A DNA stretch of 64,000 nucleotides from assembly GCA_950097015.1 (NCBI GenBank), contig CATNEN010000031.1:992001-1056000 (forward strand). The letters run 5' to 3'. Below, piece by piece: positions 37,693 through 49,600 of this stretch. Under the pieces are notes generated by a model that saw nothing but the letters and a program-made list of their open reading frames with translations, had not been told where the DNA came from and made no database searches. The position numbers were made by a program, and so were the translations under genes. Position 1 is the stretch's first letter. Every line of letters begins with the position of its first letter. This DNA is from Macrostomum hystrix. Taxonomy: Eukaryota; Animalia; Platyhelminthes.

Positions 37693-40600
37693 TCAACACG
37701 CGGTGGGCTCATAGGGATTGAACACTGTCGCATTGGGCCTGATGGTCGCGTGTGTCAGCCGGCTAGTCGATACCGACGATTGTGAATGATTACTGCTCAA
37801 GGTGTGCGCCTTGGACCAGTATGGTGAGGCATTCGACAAAACATGGTAAACGAACTCCAGACTGTCCGAAAGGCTGGCTGACAGGTTTGGCTGCTGGCGC
37901 TGCAGCTCGCGAATCATCTGAATTAGAGGGATGGTGCAGAAATATTTGTGCTTATTCTAGTTTTAAAAGTACTTTTTGTGACCAAAAGAGTGTGATCCTT
38001 AAAAGGGCCGTTTTTCAGTTCTGTGTCGGTTTAAAAATCGAAGAAATTTGATCGATTTTTGATCGTTTCGAGCTCTAAGAGATATCGCCATGAAAAACCA
38101 GAACATAAGCTCAAATTTTCGGCTCTATCCGATCAAACGACTGCCAGAATCACAAAATATCGACATCGTCGAGATATTCAACTATTCTCGTTGGGGTGTC
38201 TGGTGGCAAATACCACCAATATAGTCATAAATTTTCTGCTCACAAAATGTCATATGGAGCCATGTAAACTATTGTTTTAGATTTGTATTGTATTAATTGC
38301 AATTTCGAACCAATAAGGATTGACCAAAGAGGTTTATACAGAGAAATTTTAGTTCTCCTTGTCACCAGGGTCTTCGACAATGCTACCAGAATGGAGAATT
38401 TAGATCCATATGGTGGACTAAAATCGGTCATTCGGTTTGGGAGCTATCGTCAAGTAGGCAGGGGGTTTTTAAAATAGCGACCGTGATCTTTCCCCAGGTG
38501 GAAAATTAGTCTTTCTAATGTTGAAGGCCCATAAATTTAGTAACTAAGAGGAATCGCAACACCTCACCTCCTCTCTGTACTTGTAGACAAAACAGGTGAA
38601 CAGTTCGCGAAGCAGGGCGTCCCGATTGAACGGCGCGCTCTGCCTGTTGCGCACCTGCTGCTCAAACTGGCTCAGCGCGTAGGTCTCGGCCTCTCTAAAC
38701 CCGTACCGGACCGTTCTGTAATACGCCTCAACAAGCGGATGGAATTCCATCACTTCGTTGACAAACAGCAGTCGCTGCGCGGTGGAAGTCTTGTCCGGCT
38801 TGGCCGGCTTCTCAAAACTGCACGCGTCGACAAACAGCGAGGAGACGGTGCTCATACAGCAGCGCACGGGCAGCGCGACTTCAACGTCAAGCAGGTAGTC
38901 TACGTTGAACAGGTGATTCGTGTAGAATCTCAGCATCAGCGCGTTGGACTTCCAGATGTGCGCGACGTCGTGCGTCAGCTGGCGCTCGGCAACCACATGG
39001 TCGAACAGGTCGAACAGGTATTTGATGCAAAGCGGCACCTCCTTGTCCTGCTCAGGCTGAAGCTGCTCCGACTTGGGCGCCGGGAACAGAGCGGAGAACA
39101 GGTCCGTGATCGTGTCCGTTAGGAGGCGCTGCAAAGGAGGAGCAAGTTCTTCAATTACTCTTGAGCCTTATAAAAAGATATTTTAAACTAGAATCCTTCT
39201 TTGAAGAGGATCCAGATCCAGAGTAGCCAGTGTCGGCTAGAGCTTTGGATTTCTGACCGACAGGTCGGGAGTTCGAATCCCAGCAAGAGGGAAACGATTT
39301 GTGTCCGATCCGTTGAGCGAAACAATTAAATATTGGTTCGGTTCGTGCAGCTGTAAAATGGGTAATTGACATAGCAGAGGTACGAGCGTATAGTCTATTC
39401 CACAGCGAGGCCACATTCATTTGAGGCGCAGCCGCGGAGAGAAGGCTTTGGGGGCTTGTCGTGCAATTTACGCCCTTGAGGGCCAACCTGCAAGGCACAG
39501 GGAGAGTGTACACTGCCTGACGATGAGAAAGTCAGGGCAGATGTACACACCTGTGTGAGCATGTGCCTGCGTACAGTATCTGTGTGAGTGTGTGCTCAGG
39601 AGTCAGCGAATTAGGCAGAATTGCGTCCTCGCTGGCTGCGGGTCTGGTGTCACTTATAGATGTATCAGAGCCCATTATTTTTTTGCTGGGGTAAAACCTT
39701 AAACGGCTGTGGCGGCTCCCCAGTCCATGGACTAAGCAGCTTCTGTACGCAGTCTTTGGAAGACTGTAATTTCTGTCTATCCATCTGTCAAACTCATTGT
39801 CAGGAATTTCTTTAGTGTTTCTTAGTGCAATGACGCAATTAATTGCAGCTTTTCACTAACTAGGCGATTGGCCAAGCACCAGCCATATATAGGAGCTTAT
39901 ATTGTTACTAGCGCCAAACCTTTGTCTTGAGCAGCACCGGATAGAACACTTCCGACACAATCTGCTGCCCGTCCGCTGGCGTCACCTCCGAGCTGTCGCC
40001 GCGACGGCCGCGCTTGCTGCTGTTTTTCCGACGCTGTTTCTTCTTGCCGCTGTCGGCACTGCTGCCGCCAAGCAGCGACTGGCTTTCCGCTCCGCTGGGC
40101 GCCTCCAGGTGATAGCGACGCTTCTCGGCTGGCTCGCTGGCCGCCGCCGGCGCCGCTGATCGCGACGACAACTTGCCGCCCCTGCTGCCGCTGCCGGTGC
40201 CGTCTGGCAGAGAGCGCCAACTGGAACTGCAGGAAGCCTGCTGGCTGCTGCTGAAGTCTGAGATGCCTGCTCAGGGATTAGGTTGGCTGCTTGCGTTTTC
40301 TAGGAAAATATTCCTCCCTTCTGACTCTATCACACTACTCCAGTCTCTATCCCTCTCCACACCAGTCTCTATCCCTCTCCACTCCAGTCTCTATCCCTCT
40401 ATATTCCAGTCTCTATCCCTCTCCATTCCAGTCTCTATCCCTCTCCATTCCAGTCTCTATCCCTCTATATTCCAGTCTCTATCCCTCTATATTCCAGTCT
40501 CTATCCCTCTCCATTCCAGTCTCTATCCCTCTCCACACCAGTCTCTATCCCTCTCCATTCCAGTCTCTATCCCTCTCCATTCCAGTCTCTATCCCTCTCC

Positions 40601-43600
40601 ACACCAGTCTCTATCCCTCTATATTCCAGTCTCTATCCCTCTATATTCCAGTCTCTATCCTTCTCCATTCCAGTCTCTATCCCTCTCCATTCCAGTCTCT
40701 ATCCCTCTATATTCCAGTCTCTATCCCTCTCCATTCCAGTCTCTATCCCTCTCCACACCAGTCTCTATCCCTCTATATTCCAGTCTCTATCCCTCTCCAT
40801 TCCAGTCTCTATCCCTCTCCATTCCAGTCTCTATCCCTCTCCATTCCAGTCTCTATCCCTCTCCACACCAGTCTCTATCCCTCTATATTCCAGTCTCTAT
40901 CCCTCTCCATTCCAGTCTCTATCCCTCTCCATTCCAGTCTCTATCCCTCTCCATTCCAGTCTCTATCCCTCTCCATTCCAGTCTCTATCCCTCTATATTC
41001 CAGTCTCTATCCCTCTATATTCCAGTCTCTATCCCTCTCCATTCCAGTCTCTATCCCTCTCCATTCCAGTCTCTATCCCTCTCCATTCCAGTCTCTATCC
41101 CTCTCCATTTCAGTCTCTATCCCTCTCCACTCGAGTCTCTATCCCTCTCCACTCGAGTCTCTATCCCTCTCCACTCGAGTCTCTATCCTTCTCCATTCCA
41201 GTCTCTATCCCTCTCCACTCGAGTCTCTATCCCCCTCCACTCGAGTCTCTATCCTTCTCCATTCCAGTCTCTATCCCTCTATATTCCAGTCTCTATCCCT
41301 CTATATTCCAGTCTCTATCCCTCTCCATTCCAGTCTCTATCCCTCTCCACACCAGTCTCTATCCCTCTCCACTCCAGTCTCTATCCCTCTATATTCCAGT
41401 CTCTATCCCTCTATATTCCAGTCTCTATCCCTCTCCATTCCAGTCTCTATCCCTCTCCATTCCAGTCTCTATCCCTCTCCATTCCAGTCTCTATCCCTCT
41501 CCATTCCAGTCTCTATCCCTCTCCACTCGAGTCTCTATCCCTCTCCACACGAGTCTCTATCCCTCTCCACTCGAGTCTCTATCCTTCTCCATTCCAGTCT
41601 CTATCCCTCTATATTCCAGTCTCTATCCCTCTCCATTCCAGTCTCTATCCCTCTCCACACCAGTCTCTATCCCTCTATATTCCAGTCTCTATCCCTCTCC
41701 ATTCCAGTCTCTATCCCTCTCCATTCCAGTCTCTATCCCTCTCCACTCGAGTCTCTATCCCTCTCCACACGAGTCTCTATCCCTCTCCACTCGAGTCTCT
41801 ATCCTTCTCCATTCCAGTCTCTATCCCTCTATATTCCAGTCTCTATCCCTCTCCATTCCAGTCTCTATCCCTCTCCACACCAGTCTCTATCCCTCTATAT
41901 TCCAGTCTCTATCCCTCTCCATTCCAGTCTCTATCCCTCTCCATTCCAGTCTCTATCCCTCTCCATTCCAGTCTCTATCCCTCTCCACACCAGTCTCTAT
42001 CCCTCTATATTCCAGTCTCTATCCCTCTCCATTCCAGTCTCTATCCCTCTATATTCCAGTCTCTATCCCTCTATATTCCAGTCTCTATCCCTCTATATTC
42101 CAGTCTCTATCCCTCTATATTCCAGTCTCTATCCCTCTCCATTCCAGTCTCTATCCCTCTCCATTCCAGTCTCTATCCCTCTCCATTCCAGTCTCTATCC
42201 CTCTCCATTTCAGTCTCTATCCCTCTCCACTCGAGTCTCTATCCCTCTCCACTCGAGTCTCTATCCCTCTCCACTCGAGTCTCTATCCCTCTCCACTCGA
42301 GTCTCTATCCTTCTCCATTCCAGTCTCTATCCCTCTCCACTCGAGTCTCTATCCCCCTCCACTCGAGTCTCTATCCTTCTCCATTCCAGTCTCTATCCCT
42401 CTCCATTCCAGTCTCTATCCTTCTCCATTCGAGTCTCTATCCCTCTCCATTCCAGTCTCTATCCCTCTCCATTCCAGTCTCTATCCCTCTCCACACTAGT
42501 CTATATCCCTCTCCACACCAGTCTCTATCCCTCTCCATTCCAGTCTCTATCCCTCTCCTTTCCAGTCTCTATCCCTCTCCACACTAGTCTATATCCCTCT
42601 CCACACCAGTCTCTATCCCTCTCCATTCCAGCCTCTATCCCTCTCCATTCCAGTCTCTATCCCTCTCCATTTCAGTCTCTATCCCTCTCCACACTAGTCT
42701 ATATCCCTCTCCACACCAGTCTCTATCCCTCTCCATTCCAGTCTCTATCCCTCTCCATTCCAGTCTCTATCCCTCTCCACACTAGTCTATATCCCTCTCC
42801 ACATCAGTCTCTATCCCTCTCCATTCCAGTCTCTATCCCTCTCCATTCCAGTCTCTATCCCTCTCCATTCCAGTCTCTATCCTTCTCCATTCCAGTCTCT
42901 ATCCCTCTCCATTCCAGTCTCTATCCCTCTCCATTCCAGTCTCTATCCCTCTCCACACTAGTCTATATCCCTCTCCACACCAGTCTCTATCCCTCTCCAT
43001 TCCATTCCATTCCATTCCAGGCCAATGTCCCGAGCAATGAGTGCCGAATTGCTCACCTGCCAGTGTGCCGCCCTTCGCCCGCCTTTGCACAGTCGCAGCC
43101 AACGACAGCGCGGAGGCAGGAGTAGCGCCGTTTATCTTCGATGGCAGCTCCTTGCGCGGCTTCAAGAACACCACGATTGCTGACGCCTCGTTGTCGCCGC
43201 ACTGATCGACGCCGTCCTCGCCAAGTTTGAAGCTGTCAAGCCGGCGCAACCGTTCAATACCGTCGCCGGAGTCGTGTGAGTTGTCAACTTCGGTGAGGAT
43301 CAAGTAGCGCTCGTTGCTGTTCTCCTCTGTTATTTCAAGGATAAAATCGAAATTAAATTAAAACGGGATAAATAAGGAGTAACTAGACAAGGGGTCGGCT
43401 ACTTACGGCCCGTGGACCAGACGCTTCTAAATCTCTCCCCTATCTCATCTTGCTCCTGTCTCATCGCTCCTGTCTTATCTCTCTCCTGTCTCATCGCTCC
43501 TGTCTCATCTCTCTCCTGTCTCATCTCTCTCCTGTCTCATCACTCCTGTCTCATCTTGCTCCTGTCTCATCTCTCTCCTGTCTCATCTCTCTCCTGTCTC

Positions 43601-46600
43601 ATCACTCCTGTCTCATCTTGCTCCTGTCTCATCTCTCTCCTGTCTCATCTTGCTCCTGTCTCATCTCTCTCCTGTCTCATCTCTCTCCTGTCTCATCTCT
43701 CTCCTGTCTCATCTCGCTCCTGTCTTATCGCTCCTGTCTCATCTCGCTCCTGTCTCATCGCTCCTGTCTCATCTCGCTCCTGTCTCATCTCGCTCCTGTC
43801 TCATCTCGCTCCTGTCTCATCGCTCCTGTCTCATCATCTCGGAGCCGCGGAGAGAAGGCTTGGGGGCTTGTCGTGCAATTTACGCCTTGAGGGCCAACCT
43901 CCAATGCACAGTAAAAGCGTACACTGCTTGACGATGAGAAAGTCAGAGCAGATGTACACACCTGTGAGAGTATGTGCCTGCGTACAGTATCTGTGTGCGC
44001 GTGTCCACAGGAGTCAGCGAAATGGGCAGAATTGCCTCCTCGCTGGCCGCGGGTCTACACCAAATGATGCGCCATTGCCCGCAGCCCTCCTGCAATTATT
44101 ATTGTTATTATCACGGGAGGTATCAACTCTCACCCCTGATGCCGCCCAGGCCGCCACCCAGGCCTGCCGTTCCACGAAAAGTTCGAGCTGTAAGAGTTGA
44201 AAAAAATAGGTAAATTACCAATCCATAATATCTGTTCTGATGTATAAATTCCGATGTCAATTTGAGCATAGCCTCACCAAGGTCGAACTGACTAGCGGGC
44301 ACCCGCTGGGAATAAGGCAGCTCCAGCCGGGTGTAGACAGCGTCCAGAATCTTCTCCTTGGCCTGGTGCACGGTGTCGCAGTCGAGCACGCACACGGAGC
44401 ACTGCAGCTGCTGCTGCTCGGCGCTGAATAAGCGCAGCCGGTCTTGGAATGTCAGGATCTGCGGGGCGGGTGAGAATTAAGAAGAGTTCTCAACACCTGT
44501 CAGCTGACACCATCCACCTCTGTTAGCTGACACCACCCACACCTGTCAGCTGACACAATCCACACCTGTCAGCTGACACCATCCACCTCTGTTAGCTGAC
44601 ACCACCCACACCTGTCAGCTGACACAATCCACACCTGTCAGCTGACACCATCCACATCTGTCAGCTGACATTTGCATAAAAAACTCACAATCTCCTTGAA
44701 GGCGATCTCTTTCTTGAGTAGTTTCTGCTCATTGATGGTGTACTTTGAGTTGCCGCTGATCTGGTCCACCGGTCCGCTGTAGATCTGCTGCCTCATGGAG
44801 CAGTAGAGCCGATGCAATGGCCCGGCTACTTGGCTGTTGAGGTGCTCGTACATTAGGAAGGCCAGCCAGTTTGGTAGAAGCCGCTCCGCTACAGAGTCGC
44901 AGCGGCGAAACACCACCTTGTAGTTGTCGTTGGTCTCCTGACGCCGGACTACCAGCCGCTGGATTAGGCGAGACAGAATTCTAGTGAAGTAGCCGATGTC
45001 ATAGTAGAGCAGTGCCGAAAGCAGCGAGCCGAAATGATTGCGCTCCTGGGTTTTGTGAGATGGCTAGATTAGTGAATAATTGTACAAACTGTGCTACTCG
45101 TATTCAGTAGTAGTAGTGCATTTACTCGTTAAAATCAGTGGTTCAAAATTATCAAGTTACCTATAAGACCAATTTAGTAGTTTAAAAGTACTTTTAGGTA
45201 GCTTCTAACCTGGTGGTTAGAACTTCGAATTTTTCACCGAGAGGTCGAGAGTTCGAATCCCAAGGCCAACGGAGAAAATTTGTGCCCTTGCGTCACTGGC
45301 TGGCCTAACTGGGCTGGTTTTCGTTTCTATCTATCTCTATCCATATTGCAGAAAGTTACTAAAATTAATAGCATATTGTTTTTGTATAGTACCAGTATAT
45401 ATTAATTGCAGGAGGCCTGCGGGCAATGGCACATCACTAAGGAGGCAATTCTGCCCATTTCGCTGACTCCTGAGCACACGCGCACACAGATACCGTATCC
45501 AGGCACACGCTCACACAGGTGGTTGGCCCTCAAGGCCGTAAATTGCATGACAAGCCCCCAAGCCTTCGCTCCGCGGCTGCGAAATGGTGAGACAGCAGAG
45601 AGAGAAGAGACGAAGGAGAGAGATGAGACAGGAGAGAAGAGACGAAGGAGAGAGATGAGACAGGAGAGAAGAGACGAAGGAGAGAGATGAGACAGGAGAG
45701 AAGAGACGAAGGAGAGAGATGAGACAGGAGAGAAGAGACGAAGGAGAGAGATGAGACAGGAGAGAGATGAGACAGGAGAGAAGAGACACAGGAGAGATAT
45801 GAGACAGGAGAGAAGAGACGAAGGAGAGAGATGAGACAGGAGAGAGATGAGACAGGAGAGAAGAGACACAGGAGAGATATGAGACAGGAGAGAAGAGACA
45901 CAGGAGAGATATGAGACAGGAGAGAAGAGACACAGGAGAGATATGAGACAGGAGAGAAGAGACGAAGGAGAGAGATGAGACAGGAGAGAGATGAGACAGG
46001 AGAGAGATGAGACGCAGGAGAGATATGAGACAGGAGAGAAGAGACACAGGAGAGATATGAGACAGGAGAGAAGAGACGAAGGAGAGAGATGAGATAGGAG
46101 AGAGAAGAGACGAAGGAGAGATGAGATAGGAGAGAAGAGACACAGGAGAGATATGAGACAGGAGAGAAGTGACGAAGGAGAGAGATGAGACAGGAGAGAG
46201 AAGAGACACGAGAGAAGAGACACAGGAGAGAGATGAGACAGGAGAGAGAAGAGACGAAGGAGAGATGAGATAGGAGCGAAATGAGATAGTGGAGAAGAGA
46301 CGCAGGAGAGAGATGAGACAAGAGCGAAATGAGATAGGGGAGATTTATAGAAAGTAGCCGACCCCTTGTCTAGTTACTCCTTTGTTATCCCGTTTAAAAA
46401 TGCAGGCACACAGGCACACACACACAGGGTGTGTACATCTGCCCTGACTTTCTCGTCGTCAGGCAGTGTACACTCTCACTGTGCCTTGGAGGTTGGCCTT
46501 TAAGGGGCGTAAATTGCATGACAAGTCCCCAAGCCTTCTCTCCGCGGCTGCGCCTCAAATGAATGTGGCCTCGCCCAACAAACCTGAATCGAGAAACTGT

Positions 46601-49600
46601 CTGGTCTGGACTCCATGGTGGCAATCATAATTAACAGAAAGTCTTCATTCAGTAGCAGGTTGTGCAACTGGCTCAAAGCTCTCCGCACTTCTGGCGGTTC
46701 GGCAGCCAGGGCGGCCGCTGCGGCCTCCGGAGTCATGACGTCAGAGAACAGCGGATCGTGCGCTTGGTGCCTGAAAAAAATGAGCAAAGCATTTGCACTA
46801 CTGATATAAAGTTCAATTAGTAGTATAAATCGTAAATATTATTTTGCTACTGATGTTTCAATTTTGTAAGTAGTATCAATTGAATTTTTCGCAACATTCA
46901 CAAAGACTAACAACTGACCTGAGCTGGTAGCGCTCCGCAAAGCAGGAAAAGGAAGCAAACTCGGCGAAGCTGCGCACAGGCACAGGTGCCAACCATTCGT
47001 CCGTGGCGCCCAACCGGTCCCCGGCGCCGCTGGAGTTCAGCTGCAGCTCGGCGAATGCATCGCGACAATTCTGCGACACCTGCGCCTCCAATAGGTTGAT
47101 TTGGACCTCGATGCGGTTGTCTTTCTCCTGGCGACGCCGTTTGCGCCGGTGAGAGTGGACCAGGAAGGCGACTAGCGACACAAACAGCAGAGCCAGGACC
47201 CCCGGTATGGTCAGGTAGACATAGTTCCAGTTGAACTGGGCCGCGTAGGTCACGTGACCCAGGCTGAAATGCAGCCGGCCGATGCTGGCCGTGATTGGGT
47301 GTTTGACGTCGATGGCCGAGTCCGGCAGCTGATGCCGACAGGTCAGCAGGTCGACGTCTCCGCTGGACAGGCTCTAAGTGCGTGGGAGACAGAAATGGTG
47401 CCATTGGTGCACTAAAATGGCGAGTCCAGGTACATGAGATTGGGATCTGGGTGGTCAGGGAATATAAGAATTTAGGTGAGGATCTGATTTTACAGATGCG
47501 TGGATCCTGGGGATAGACATCAGGAGTGAGGATAATGGGGATAGAGACATCAGGTGTGAGGATAATGGGGATAGAGACATCAGGTGTGAAGATAATGGGG
47601 ATAGAGACATCAGGTGTGAGGATCAGAGAGGATAGAGACATCAGGTGTGAGGATCAGGGAGGATGGAGCATTGATCAGTCTCACCTGCAGAGCCGCCACA
47701 TGGCAGGCCAGGGGGCCAACCCACACGGAGATGTCGGACAGCAGCAGGCCTGGGCGCAGATGCCGCCCACTCAGCTGCAGCTCCCTGGGTCCGGGCTCGA
47801 GCCGGCGCCAGTCGGGGTGCAGCTGCACTTGAAGCGAGCCAGCCTGATGCATTTCTGGGTCAGGGAACAGGGTGAGATTGGCTGGATACCGGTGCGCCAG
47901 TGAGTCCATGTAAATCGTAGCCGAAAATCTCGGCTTTGCCGACATCCACGACGGCGTCGGCTTTGGGACAATGTCGGCCGAGTCCGATGGCGGAGCAACT
48001 TCGGCGACGGGGCTTCTCTTCAATCGACGCTCCGTTGGTAGCGGCGGACTCGTGCAGATCAGCAGAGTCGACTGGACGGCGCGGCATTCGCCAACGAGTC
48101 GACGCTGCCGCAGCTCCTCCGCCGGCGCCTCCTCGGGCCAGACTTCGTCCAGCTGGCGCAGCTCGATCAACGGCAGCCGGACGGCGTCCAGTCGGGCTCC
48201 GGGCAGCTCGAAGGCGAGGCCGCCAGCCGGTATGAGGCCGGTCCGTCTGGCCGACTCGGGCGGCACCACAGACAGCTCTGCGTCAGGCACAATGTCCAGC
48301 TGGGCGGGCCGGTGCGCCAGCTTTGACTCCGGCTGGCCCTGAAGTGTCAGGCTGGCGAAGTAGAGGCCGGGATTGTGGAATCTGCCCAGCCGGACAGTCA
48401 CGCGATCGCTGGCACGGGACAGAACCTCGGCTGGCACCTGCAGGAACTGGTCGCTCAGCATAGTTACCTGGGAAAAGCATTGACAGGAGGTTTTTAACAG
48501 TAGGACTACCAAGACATTTTTCCACCCGTTTTTATACCAAGGGGAAATCGCCCCCCCCAATAATTTTCCTGGTAGCGCCTGAATTCTAACAGCGTTGAGT
48601 GGTGGCTGATTGGCTGACAGACTAGGCGATGGTGTACTGTGGTTGAGCTGTGCCTAATATTTAGGCTTGATCAGAGAAATTGGAGAAATTCGCGTCAGGT
48701 GGCCATAGCGGCCTATTTCCACCTGTTGTAGCCCTTGAAGGTCCAGCAAATCCGTCTAGACTCTAGATAAAGGTAGGTGACCACCGAAGACGGAGATTGT
48801 GCAGGCACATTTGAGTGACATGCTGATACATTTTGAAGGCCTGGCAAGGCCGCACTGAGTCGCAGTGCCATTTCGTGTATTGGGGTGTATGAAATACACT
48901 AGCTCTTATGGGAAAAATCTGACCTTTAGCCGGAACCATTGAATATCTCGACGGTCTAAAGAGCTGGCAACTTGATTCTAGCTTCAGAAGATGCGCAACA
49001 AAAAATTGGCACGTATTCTTGAGCTTCGTGTGCTTGAGTTGAGTTCCCTCCCTTTGGTAGTTCTACTGTCAAGCTACCTTATTTATAGAAACAAAATGCG
49101 TCATTGATTTGAAGCCACCAACCTGCAGATCGGATCCAGCGTCCAGGTCGCTGCCCAGCAGTGCCACCTCAGCGCGGCCATTCAGTTGAGCCTTGGCCGA
49201 GCCCTCCAGTCCTACCAGAGCCGGCTTGGCCACGCTCAGCCAGTCTCCCGTGGCAACATTCGCAGCGTGGCTGCTATTAGTCAGGCTGGGCAGGCTCACT
49301 AGCAACCGGTAGCGCGTCCCTAGCAACGGGCTGCCGGCCAGTAAGCAGTTGAACGCCTTGCCGGGTGTGTAAGCCTCGGCCTGAACTGCGCAGGACAAAG
49401 CCTTGGCCGTGGGGCCCAGCCGCCCGGGCTCTGGCTGCAGCAGAACAGCCAGGCTCTCCCAGGAGTTGCCTAAATTCGAACCCTCGACGCTGAGCCGCAA
49501 GCCGGCGTAGGGCGCCAATTTGGGTGGCTGAATGCGCCGAAGTAGTGGACCAGCGCAGAGGCCGCCGCGTTGCACGGCTGTGGCTGAGCAGTGGTCAGCC

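Noticed and set aside
39208-39290. Functional tRNA genes at 39.2, 45.2 and 57.8 kb
   Set aside because: A/B boxes are present but the acceptor and anticodon stems do not close; treated as SINE heads.
39505-39547. Hammerhead core CTGACGA..GAAA in the SINE hairpin
   Set aside because: No room for stems II and III, and another copy changes the C with a compensatory base, which supports a plain hairpin.
40173-43125. 804-aa and 944-aa ORFs
   Set aside because: Stop-free frames of a 22-bp minisatellite lying antisense within a plexin intron.
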